Shown here: positions 36,375-44,991 of the stretch, in pieces
Layout: every line of letters starts with the position of its first letter
How positions within the stretch are numbered: the stretch's first letter is position 1
From: an uncultured beta proteobacterium
GTDB taxonomy: Bacteria > Pseudomonadota > Gammaproteobacteria > Burkholderiales > SG8-41
Direction: 5' to 3'
NCBI GenBank assembly: GCA_903889565.1
Contig: CAISYC010000018.1
Span: forward strand, 18,712-82,711
Length of the DNA: 64,000 nt
Notes under the pieces: model-generated
Seen by the model: the letters and a program-made list of their open reading frames with translations, nothing else
Told to the model about the DNA's origin: nothing
Database searches by the model: none
Program-made: the position numbers and the translations under genes

Positions 36375-36962
36375 GGACGGGCGGGCGCCGGCATGGCGGG
36401 TTCGAGGGGCTGGTGCGTGTTGAGGCCGATCATTGTGCCGGCTGGCCTGGCAAAAGAAAACATCGGCCGTTTTGCGACGGGTCAACTGTTTGCGGCAGTA
36501 GCCCGGGATGAATGCCGGGGCGGGTTTGGCGATTACGCGCTTGGCCAAATTACAGGAAGTTCGCGGGATGGCCAACGGCTGCCGGTCATTGTTACTCCTG
36601 TATTTGAAGGTTTATCGGCATTAAACAGTGACCGGGCCAGGCCACTTTGAGTAATGAAAATGCGCTTGGTAATGTTGCGTTGCGGGAAGACTACCGCTTC
36701 GGGTCAAATTTCGCTCGATGGACTTAAGTCACTCAACCATCAATTACATGGCTTCGCCGGACTTCGAGGCATCAACAATCGCCTGATCGGACTGTCCACC
36801 GTTCGTGGGTAAGATCATTTATTGCCCTTCGACCGGCGGTCAAAGCTCATGGTGGCCTGCTGTGCCGAAATTGCAAAGCGTCAGCCAACACGCTCCCGCT
36901 GCTAAATGCGCACCGGCTTGCCAGCGGCATTTACAGGCATAATCGCCCGCTGGGAGGGGTCA

Positions 36963-37991
36963 ATGCACAATCGCCGCAAACTCATTGTCGCGCTGGGCGC
37001 GGGTACGCTCGCCGGCGCGTTGCCATCCGTGAACATGGCCCAGGAGGTAAGGCCTGCGTCGAAAACGGCGAAGCCGCCGTATCGAATCATCATGGGCGGT
37101 TACAGTCCGGCCACCACCGGCTTCAGCCTGGCGATGAAGCGGATCGGCGATCGGCTGGAGGCGAAGTTCGGCAACGATGTGGATGTCAAATACGTCTACA
37201 ACATCCTCAGCCTTGGTTACAAGGGCGAGGACATTCTCTGGCTGGTCGAAAACGGCTTGTTGACTCTGGGTTACCAGTCGAGCAGCTACCTCACGGACCG
37301 CGTGCCCGATCTCGGCATCGCCGATCTTCCTTTTCTTTTCTCCGACGGGGCACAGGCACGCGCCGCCATGGACGGGTCATTCGGCGCCGCGCTGGCGCAG
37401 CGTATCGAAGCGAAGATGGATTACCGGATTCTCGGCTGGTTCGAAAACGGTTTTCGCCACATCTCGAACCGGCTGAGAACGATCCGCGTTCCCGCAGACA
37501 TGAAGGGGATGAAGATCCGCGTGCTGCCCAGCAAGGTGCAGGAACGCACCTTCGAGCTGATCGGCGCGGAGCCGAAGATCATGGACCTTTCGGAGGTGCT
37601 GCCGGCGATCAAGGCCAGCACCATCGATGCCCAGGAGAATCCGTTCTTCAACACGGTCACCTACGGCATCCACAAATACCACCGCTTTCATTCGGCGACC
37701 AACCACTTTTATCTTTCGCGGCCGATCTTTCTGCACCGTCCGACCTTCGACGCGTGGCCGCAGGCGCTGCAGGACGAAATGCGCGCCGCCGTGCGCGATG
37801 CCGTGACGTTCCAGCGCGGACTGCACGTCAGGGAGGAAGAGGAATCGATGGTCGCCATCCGTAACGAGGGCGGCGAGGTCGTCGAAATCACGCCGCAGCA
37901 GCGCCAGGCCTTCGTCACTGCGGTGACGCCGATCTATGCCGAGGCGCGGGCCCAGTACGGACGCGATCTGCTGTCGCTGGTGAATCTTTAG
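36963..37991 (+). CDS. TRAP transporter substrate-binding protein (DctP family), orphan
   Basis: ORF 36906..37991. ATG 36963 follows GGGAGGGG. Signal peptide MHNRRKLIVALGAGTLAGALPSVNMAQ. GLLTLGYQSSSYL, LPFLFSD, GWFENGFRHISN, GMKIRV, AQENP. No DctQ/DctM gene is nearby. Confidence 0.8.
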   Translation: MHNRRKLIVALGAGTLAGALPSVNMAQEVRPASKTAKPPYRIIMGGYSPATTGFSLAMKRIGDRLEAKFGNDVDVKYVYNILSLGYKGEDILWLVENGLLTLGYQSSSYLTDRVPDLGIADLPFLFSDGAQARAAMDGSFGAALAQRIEAKMDYRILGWFENGFRHISNRLRTIRVPADMKGMKIRVLPSKVQERTFELIGAEPKIMDLSEVLPAIKASTIDAQENPFFNTVTYGIHKYHRFHSATNHFYLSRPIFLHRPTFDAWPQALQDEMRAAVRDAVTFQRGLHVREEEESMVAIRNEGGEVVEITPQQRQAFVTAVTPIYAEARAQYGRDLLSLVNL

Positions 37992-38043
37992 AGGCGGCGA
38001 ATTCTCCAATCGGGCGTCGGCAACCGGGGTTCAGGGGGGGTAT

Positions 38044-39579
38044 ATGAATATCGTCAAACGGATTTGCAGCATCGTCATCGCGTTCACGATGGTTGCCGCG
38101 CTGTCGCCGGCACAGGCGCAGGACAACGCGGCCGCACGCGCCGCGCGCGAATGGCGGACAGCGCACGAACGGCAGATACTCGACGATTATTTTGCGTTTC
38201 TGAGAATTCCAAACCTGTCGCGCGACCTGCCCAATGTGCGGCGCAATGCGGAATATCTGATGCAGGCGATGGACAAGCGCGGACTCAAGGCGCGGCTGCT
38301 CGAAGTGCCGGGCGCGCCGCCGGCGGTCTACGGCGAGATTCTGGTGCCGGGCGCGAAACACACCTATGTGTTCTATTCCCATTACGACGGCCAGCCGCTG
38401 GATCCGAACGAATGGGCGACGCCGCCGTTCGAACCCGTGCTGCGCACCGCAAGGCTCGATCTCGGCGGGCAGCTGCTGCCGTTCCCCGCGCCCGGGCAGC
38501 GCATCGACGCCGACTGGCGCATTTACGCGCGCTCGGCGTCCGATGCCAAGGCGGCGGTGTTTTCAATGCTGACCGCGGTGGATGCGCTCAACGCCGCGGG
38601 TTTGAAGCCGCGCGCAAACATCAAATTCATATTTGAAGGCGAAGAGGAACTCGAATCGCCGCACTTTGCGCAAATTCTCGCCGCCAACAAGGAACTGCTC
38701 AAGGGCGATCTGTGGTTCATCTGTGACGGCCCGGAAGACCCGAGCGGCCGGCTGACTATCAAGTTCGGCGCGCGCGGCATCCAGAAACTCGAGCTTACGG
38801 TGTTCGGCCCGAAGCGCCCGCTGCACAGCGGCCACTACGGTAACTGGGCGCCCAACCCCGCGCTGATGCTGGCGCAATTGCTTGGCTCGATGAAAGACGC
38901 CGAAGGCCGGGTGCTGGTCGAAAATTTCTATGACGGCGTGGTGCCGCTCAATGCGGTCGAGCTCGCCAGCATCGCGGAGGCCGGCAATGACGACGCGCAG
39001 CGCAAAGAGCTTGGTCTTGCGCGCGTCGATGGCGGCGGCAAATCGCTGGGCGAACTCATCAATCAGCCGTCGCTCAATATCCGCGGCATGTCGAGCGGGC
39101 GCATCGGCGAACAGGCCGCCAACATCATTCCATCGACCGCGACTGCGGCAATCGACCTGCGTCTGGTCAAGGGCGTGACCAAAGAAGGGCAGGTCGCGCG
39201 CGTCATCGCGCATATCCGCAAGCAGGGCTATTACGTCGTCGATCGCGATCCCGACGACGCCACGCGCCTCGCGCATCCGCGTATCGCCAGGGTGGTGGTG
39301 AGTGCGGACGGCTACAACGCGGTGCGCACGCCGATGGATCTGCCACTTGCCGCCAACGTGCTCGCCACCGCGCGCAGCGTGCGCAGTCCGATTGCCGTAC
39401 AGCCGACCTCCGGCGGCAGCGTTCCGCTCGACATGATCGTCGATGTGCTCGGCACGGAAACGATTTCGGTCTCGACCGCCAATTACGACAACAATCAGCA
39501 CAGCAACAACGAAGACATCAAGCTGCTGAATCTGTGGAACGGCTTCGAAACGCACGCCGCGCTGATCATGATGGAATAG
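38044..39579 (+). CDS. secreted M20/M25/M40 family metallopeptidase (dipeptidase-like)
   Basis: 511 aa. Signal peptide MNIVKRICSIVIAFTMVAALSPAQA. YVFYSHYDGQPLD, ARSASDAKAAVF, FIFEGEEELESP and NNQHSNNEDI are M20 motifs. Confidence 0.82.
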   Translation: MNIVKRICSIVIAFTMVAALSPAQAQDNAAARAAREWRTAHERQILDDYFAFLRIPNLSRDLPNVRRNAEYLMQAMDKRGLKARLLEVPGAPPAVYGEILVPGAKHTYVFYSHYDGQPLDPNEWATPPFEPVLRTARLDLGGQLLPFPAPGQRIDADWRIYARSASDAKAAVFSMLTAVDALNAAGLKPRANIKFIFEGEEELESPHFAQILAANKELLKGDLWFICDGPEDPSGRLTIKFGARGIQKLELTVFGPKRPLHSGHYGNWAPNPALMLAQLLGSMKDAEGRVLVENFYDGVVPLNAVELASIAEAGNDDAQRKELGLARVDGGGKSLGELINQPSLNIRGMSSGRIGEQAANIIPSTATAAIDLRLVKGVTKEGQVARVIAHIRKQGYYVVDRDPDDATRLAHPRIARVVVSADGYNAVRTPMDLPLAANVLATARSVRSPIAVQPTSGGSVPLDMIVDVLGTETISVSTANYDNNQHSNNEDIKLLNLWNGFETHAALIMME

Positions 39580-39751
39580 TTGGCGCGGCAGTCCACAGGG
39601 GCGCGCAGCGGCAATATCCGGCAGCGCAAAAGGATATGTGCAGGGCATTTATTTTTTCGGCCTGATCGTCGCCGGCACATTTGCGCTGATGCCGGGCCGT
39701 TTGCTGCAACAATGCCTGTTTCAATAAGCCGCCGGGCGGTGAAACTTCCAA

Positions 39752-40720
39752 TCACTCGTCGCCTTTGATCCCCGCGCGTTTGATCACGTCCGCCCATTTC
39801 GCGGTTTCGGTTTTGACGTGCGCGGTGAAACGTTCGGGCGTGCCGCCGACCGGTTCTATCCCCAGCGCCAACCAGCGTTCGCGGATCGCGGGTGATGCGA
39901 TTACCCGGTTGAGTTCTGCGTTGAGTTTGGTGACGACGGCGCCCGGCGTGCCCGCCGGTGCCATGTAGCCGCCCCAGGCGGTAATTTCGTAGCCCGCAAC
40001 GCCCGCTTCGGCCACCGTCGGGATGTCGGGCGCGAGCGGAATGCGCCGCGGCCCGGTCAGGCCCAGCGCGCGCAGGCGGCCTGACTTGACCTGGGGCAGC
40101 ACGGAGGTCACGTTGTCGGACATCAGTTGCAGGCGGCCGCCGACGATCTCGGTAATGACCTGCTGCATGCCCTTGTAGGGCACGTGCACCATGCGCGTGC
40201 CGGTCATGAGCTTGAACAATTCGATGCTCAGGTGCATCGTGCCGCCGCTGCCGGAGGAACCGAACAGCAACTGGTCCGGATTGCGCTTCGCGTAGGCAAT
40301 CAGTTCCGCAATCGAATTGACCGGCAGCGATGGCGTGATGGCGATGATGTTGGGCGAGATGTTGGTCAGGATCACCATGCGGAAATCCTTGTTGACGTCG
40401 TACGGAATTTTCGCGAGCAGGGTCGGATTGGTGGCGAGCGGGAACCCGCCATAGCCGATCGTATAGCCGTCGGGCTGCGCTCTGGCCACCGCCTCGAACC
40501 CGATTGAACTGCTGGCCCCCGGCCGGTTGTCGACCACCACTTGCTGACCGAGCTGGCGGCCGAGTTCGGCCGCAACCAGGCGCGAATTCGTATCCGGCTG
40601 GCCGCCGGCGGCCGAAGGCACGATCATGCGAATGGGCCGTTCCGGATAGGCCGCCAGAGCGGGGTGAGTCGCCATGTATAACATCAGGCCCACGGTCAGC
40701 TTCAGTGCTGCGTTGCTCAT
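39752..40720 (-). CDS. Bug/TctC-family periplasmic solute-binding protein
   Basis: ORF 39752..40762. Start ATG 40720. MSNAALKLTVGLMLYMATHPALAAYPERPIRMIVPSAAGGQPD, PDGYTIGY, VPYKGMQQV, GVAGYE. Confidence 0.9.
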   Translation of the reverse strand: MSNAALKLTVGLMLYMATHPALAAYPERPIRMIVPSAAGGQPDTNSRLVAAELGRQLGQQVVVDNRPGASSSIGFEAVARAQPDGYTIGYGGFPLATNPTLLAKIPYDVNKDFRMVILTNISPNIIAITPSLPVNSIAELIAYAKRNPDQLLFGSSGSGGTMHLSIELFKLMTGTRMVHVPYKGMQQVITEIVGGRLQLMSDNVTSVLPQVKSGRLRALGLTGPRRIPLAPDIPTVAEAGVAGYEITAWGGYMAPAGTPGAVVTKLNAELNRVIASPAIRERWLALGIEPVGGTPERFTAHVKTETAKWADVIKRAGIKGDE

Positions 40721-40801
40721 CACGGATCCCTGTGCTGGATTGCGCTCGCCGAATCTGCGCATAATAGCCCGCTTCAGGGAATCGAACGCAGGGGAGCATG
40801 C

Positions 40802-41575
40802 ATGTCAAATCATGGACCGTCCGCCGCAGGTTGCGAACTCGCCGGCCGGGTCGCGCTGGTCACCGGCGGCGCGAAGAATATCGGACGCGCGATTTCGCTC
40901 GCGCTCGCCGCGGCGGGCGCGGCCGTCGCGATCAACACGCTGAGTTCGCGTGAAGATGCCGAAGCAGCGGTGCAGGAGATCCGCGCGGCGGGCGGCGATG
41001 CCGATGTGTTCCTCGCCGACATTGCCGACGCCGCGGCGGTGCACGCGATGGCGGCGGGCGTGATCAAGCGCTTCGGCAAGATCGACATTCTCGTGCTCAA
41101 CGCCTCGCAGCGCCGCGAGATCCCGTTCAAGGACATGACCTTCGACGACTGGCGGAACACCATGTCGATCACGCTCGACGGCTCGTTTCACTGCATCAAG
41201 GCCTGCCTGCCGTCAATGCTCGCGAACGGCGGCGGCAATATCATCACCCTCGGTGGCGACGCCGTCCTGCTCGGCGGCAATCGCAAGGCGCACAACACGA
41301 CGGCCAAGAACGGCCTCGTCGGTCTTACGCGCGCGCTCGCGCAGGAGCTCGCCGAAGACGGCATTCGCGTGAATTGCGTGTCGCCCGGCAGCTTCAACAC
41401 GACGCGGCCCGCCCACCGCAGCGCGCGCGGCGATCCGAAGGGCAAGATTCCGCTCGGGCGCAGGGGCGAGCCCGAAGAAATCGCGTCGGCGGTGCGCTTT
41501 CTGTGCGGTCCCGGCGGCGGCTTTATCACCGGCCAGACCCTGCATGTGAATGGCGGCGCTTTTATTTTTGCCTAG
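40802..41575 (+). CDS. SDR-fold protein, atypical triad
   Basis: 257 aa. GRVALVTGGAKNIGRAISLALA, LNAS, IRVNCVSPG. The region aligned to S...YxxxK reads IITLGGDAV...AHNTTAKNG (41294-41308). Confidence 0.8.
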   Translation: MSNHGPSAAGCELAGRVALVTGGAKNIGRAISLALAAAGAAVAINTLSSREDAEAAVQEIRAAGGDADVFLADIADAAAVHAMAAGVIKRFGKIDILVLNASQRREIPFKDMTFDDWRNTMSITLDGSFHCIKACLPSMLANGGGNIITLGGDAVLLGGNRKAHNTTAKNGLVGLTRALAQELAEDGIRVNCVSPGSFNTTRPAHRSARGDPKGKIPLGRRGEPEEIASAVRFLCGPGGGFITGQTLHVNGGAFIFA

Positions 41576-41682
41576 CGCGTGCTCGCCGTTACCGTGGGCC
41601 TTCGGGTGTGCGCTGCTCCTTTGCCGTCATCGACGTCGCAATGTCTGCTGACGACAATGCAATACGCGGACTGCCGTAATAC

Positions 41683-42663
41683 TTACTCGGCTCTGGCGCC
41701 CGAAGCGCGGACCACCTTGCTCCATTTCGCCAGTTCCGATTTGATGTAAGCCGCAAATTGCGCGCGCGTGTCGCCGATCGGCGTGAAGGCGAGCGTGTTG
41801 AAACGCTCGCGGACGTCGGGCTGGCTGAGAATTTTCACCATTTCCGCATTCAGTTTGTCGAGGAGCGCCGTGGGTGTTTTGGCCGGCGCCGCGATGCCGA
41901 CCCAGCCCACCGCTTCGTATCCGGGAAAGCCCGACTCGGCAATGGTCGGCAGCCCCGGCAGCAGCGGCGAGCGGTTCAGCGCGGCAAGTGCCAGACCGCG
42001 CAGTTTGCCCGCCTTTACCTGCGGCAGGACGGCGGGCAGCGCATCGGACATGACCGGAACCTGGCCGCCCAGCAGCTGGGCATACATGTCGGAACTGGTT
42101 TTGAACGGCACGTGATTCAGCTCGATGCCTGCCGCGCTGCGGAACATTTCCATCGACAGATGATTCGTCGAGCCGATGCCGAGCGACGCATAATTGATGA
42201 GTCCCGGTTTCGCTTTCGCGGCGGTGATGAATTCCTTGAGGGTTTTGAATTCGGCGCCGAGGCCGGCCACCAGCATTTGCGGCGTGGACACCAGATTTGC
42301 GATCGGCTCGAAATCCCTGAGCGGGTCGTACGGCGGTTTTTCATACAGGCTGGGCGCAGTGGCGAAAGCACTCGATGGTGCCATCGTCAGCGTGTAGCCG
42401 TCGGCAGATGCCCTGGCAGCGAGTTCGGTGCCGACGACACCGCCGGCGCCGGGCCGGTTATCGACGATCACCTGCTGTCCCCAGTCTTCGGTCATTTTCT
42501 GCGCGATCAAGCGCGCCGTGGTGTCGGTCGAGGACCCCGCCGCAAACTGCGCGATGACGCGGATCGATTTGACCGGATACTCCTGTGCCGCGGCGAATCC
42601 CGCAACGGCCAGCCCTGCAACGACCGCAATCATTCCGCGTGCCGGCGTTGATGCGACAGCCAT
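41683..42663 (-). CDS. Bug/TctC-family periplasmic solute-binding protein
   Basis: 326 aa. MAVASTPARGMIAVVAGLAVAGFAAAQEYPVKSIRVIAQFAAGSSTD, ADGYTLTM, VPFKTSSDM, GFPGYE. Confidence 0.9.
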   Translation of the reverse strand: MAVASTPARGMIAVVAGLAVAGFAAAQEYPVKSIRVIAQFAAGSSTDTTARLIAQKMTEDWGQQVIVDNRPGAGGVVGTELAARASADGYTLTMAPSSAFATAPSLYEKPPYDPLRDFEPIANLVSTPQMLVAGLGAEFKTLKEFITAAKAKPGLINYASLGIGSTNHLSMEMFRSAAGIELNHVPFKTSSDMYAQLLGGQVPVMSDALPAVLPQVKAGKLRGLALAALNRSPLLPGLPTIAESGFPGYEAVGWVGIAAPAKTPTALLDKLNAEMVKILSQPDVRERFNTLAFTPIGDTRAQFAAYIKSELAKWSKVVRASGARAE

Positions 42664-42684
42664 GTTGATGCACCCTCCTGTTTA

Positions 42685-43245
42685 TTACTGGTTAAAATCT
42701 GCGCCCATCATGATGAACGCCATCTGGCTTGTTTCCCGCGGGCTGCTCCACGCATGCCAGCTGCCGACCTGCACCACGATGTCGCCGGGATCGAGCCGGT
42801 ATTCGCCGTCGTCGAGGACGAGCACGCGTTCGCCTGAAATCAATATGCCGTAGTTCAATGATTCGGTTTTGTGCATGCGCGTGGTAAAAAAATTCTGTCC
42901 GCCGCGTTCCCAGGTGCCGCCTTCGGTTCTGCGCGGCGGGTGCGGCGGCACGATGCAGCTGTCCTGCGCCGGATCGTAGTCCGCAGGTTTGGGGTCCGAC
43001 TGCACGATGCGCAGGTGCCCGCCGGTGTGCGGCGGTTCCGCGTGATACGGCAGCATTCCGTCGTCGCGTTCCCCGGCGATGGGGGCCGGGCAGGCGTGGA
43101 AGACCCAGATCTCCGTCATGCCCGTGCCTTTTTTGTTCGCGTTTTCCCTGATGTTGGGCGCTGCGCTGTCGAACAGCACGCGCGAGCGGCCCTGTGCATC
43201 GTTGCCGGTGACGACGCGGCGAATCGGCGTGAGTTTACTGGTCAT
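42685..43245 (-). CDS. cupin domain protein
   Basis: 186 aa. C-terminal barrel: ESLNYGILISGERVLVLDDGEYRLDPGDIVVQVGSWHAWSS. Confidence 0.7.
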   Translation of the reverse strand: MTSKLTPIRRVVTGNDAQGRSRVLFDSAAPNIRENANKKGTGMTEIWVFHACPAPIAGERDDGMLPYHAEPPHTGGHLRIVQSDPKPADYDPAQDSCIVPPHPPRRTEGGTWERGGQNFFTTRMHKTESLNYGILISGERVLVLDDGEYRLDPGDIVVQVGSWHAWSSPRETSQMAFIMMGADFNQ

Positions 43246-43355
43246 GGTTTCACAAATTGCTATTGAATCGACTTATCCGGATCGGGGCGGCGATACCAAT
43301 TCGATCATGGCGGTGCGCCCCTGTTCGCAACCAATGGTCAGTGCTTGTGCCGTTG

Positions 43356-44744
43356 TCAGGGCGCCGCCCTGGCGACCGGGGTCCGCTTGCTTGCGGCGTG
43401 TCCGCTGCCGGTGTCGCGCAGAACGAACAAGCCCCATTGCTTGTCCGTGATGTAAATATTGCCGCGCGTATCGACCAGCACATCTTCTGTTTGCGTGACG
43501 AGTTTGTCGTAGGGCAGGGGGCCGTAACGTTTGGTCGGCGTTGGCGGAATGAACCAGCCCGCTTCTTTCGGCCGCCGCGCATCCTTGATGTCGTAGACCC
43601 GCAAGCCGGCATTGAAATAAGTGATGTAAACGAGGTCGCCCTGTTTCTGCACGTCCGGCAGGTGATATTCGAGATTGGTGTTGTGCGGGCCGTAGCGGCC
43701 GCCTTTGTCGCAGAAATTGTCGTAAGGCAGCCCCTTGGGCGGCGACGGTTCCGGAAACACCGACACCAGTCGCGGCTTTTTCGGATCCTTGATATCGATC
43801 ATCGCTGAAATCGTCAGCGGGCTCGAACAGGCAAGTGCGCCGTTCGGTTCGTCGCCGCCGCCGGTCGCCTCGCCATGCACGTAGAGCATGTTGCGGCCCG
43901 GGATCGGCAATACGTCATGTGCGACCAGTCCGCCGAACGGCGGGCTGAGATTGAGTTGGCCGACCGGTTTTGGACTCGCAATGTCGCTGATATCGAGGAT
44001 CACCACGGCTGGGCCGTAGCCAAGATAGGCGGTCTTGCCGTCTTCGCTGATGATCGCCGGGCCGTGAAACGAAATATCGCTGCGCGCAGGTTCTTCGCCT
44101 TCTTTTTGTCCGGGCATCCACCAGCGGCCGGCTTCCTTCGGATTCGCCGGATCGCTGATGTCGAGGAAAACCAGAATCTGTCCGCGGTAGCCCGCTACCC
44201 TTGCCGCGAGATTGGCATATTTGCCGCCGGGGTAGCCGACGCGATGCACACCGGTCGAGCCGGTTTTCCAGTGCGACAGTTGCTTCCAATTGACCGGATC
44301 GCTGATGTCCCAGATGAGCAGGCCTTCTTCGAACGGTTTGCCGGCATCGCCGCCCCACACCGGGGCTTTGCGCGCCAGCGCGGTGACCATGATGTTGTCG
44401 TGAAATTCCATCTGGATGGTCCAGGTGTTCTCCGGCCCGGCAATGAATTTGACGAACTTCGGGTCATTCGGATTGGTGACATCCAGAATCGTCCAGCCGG
44501 AGTGCCACAGATGCCCCATGTAAAGGTACCAGCGCTCGCCGACCCGCCGTATGGCCAGCTTGAATGCGCCGCCGCGCCCCTGCAAGTCGCTGTAGCCGAT
44601 TGCTTTCAACCGCGACATCGCCGAACCGGCGGGAATCGGATTGGCGCTCGCGGCGGTTTGCCAGGCGAACAGCGCAACGGCAATCGCTATCCATAACCCC
44701 GTTTGCAACGGGCGGACAAATGCGGAAAACAATCTGTTGAACAC
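43356..44744 (-). CDS. LVIVD-repeat beta-propeller protein, secreted or membrane-anchored
   Basis: 462 aa. N-terminal hydrophobic segment LWIAIAVALFAWQTAASA. Repeated LVIVD-type blades: WTILDVTNPNDP, LLIWDISDPVNW, ILVFLDISDPANP, VVILDISDIASP, LRVYDIKDARRP. Confidence 0.8.
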   Translation of the reverse strand: MFNRLFSAFVRPLQTGLWIAIAVALFAWQTAASANPIPAGSAMSRLKAIGYSDLQGRGGAFKLAIRRVGERWYLYMGHLWHSGWTILDVTNPNDPKFVKFIAGPENTWTIQMEFHDNIMVTALARKAPVWGGDAGKPFEEGLLIWDISDPVNWKQLSHWKTGSTGVHRVGYPGGKYANLAARVAGYRGQILVFLDISDPANPKEAGRWWMPGQKEGEEPARSDISFHGPAIISEDGKTAYLGYGPAVVILDISDIASPKPVGQLNLSPPFGGLVAHDVLPIPGRNMLYVHGEATGGGDEPNGALACSSPLTISAMIDIKDPKKPRLVSVFPEPSPPKGLPYDNFCDKGGRYGPHNTNLEYHLPDVQKQGDLVYITYFNAGLRVYDIKDARRPKEAGWFIPPTPTKRYGPLPYDKLVTQTEDVLVDTRGNIYITDKQWGLFVLRDTGSGHAASKRTPVARAAP

Positions 44745-44991
44745 GATGGCCTCTCCCTGGAATGTTGTTGCCGTGTCCGATGAGACATGGTCACCGGACT
44801 ACGATCTTGTCATGCTACAGCGCATTGTAGGCCGTATGGCGCGCGCCTTGAAAGCTTCGATGGTGCGCAGAAATTTTCGCATACGGATTGCGTAATCCTG
44901 CGCGATTGGTTTTTACAACGGTGCCGTTCGCCGCCGGTGCGGGATTCAATTTTTCACGCGCTCCGGATTTGCATTGCGCGCTGCGCTTTAA

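Noticed and set aside
36393-36650. 85-aa ORF in the AT-rich spacer upstream of the acyltransferase
   Set aside because: It has no RBS, no recognisable motif and no coding-like composition, and it partly overlaps the acyltransferase upstream frame. Not called.
38034-38040. G7 homopolymer 3 nt upstream of the M20 peptidase ATG
   Set aside because: It most simply serves as the Shine-Dalgarno region. Seven G residues are too few to claim slipped-strand phase variation without population data.
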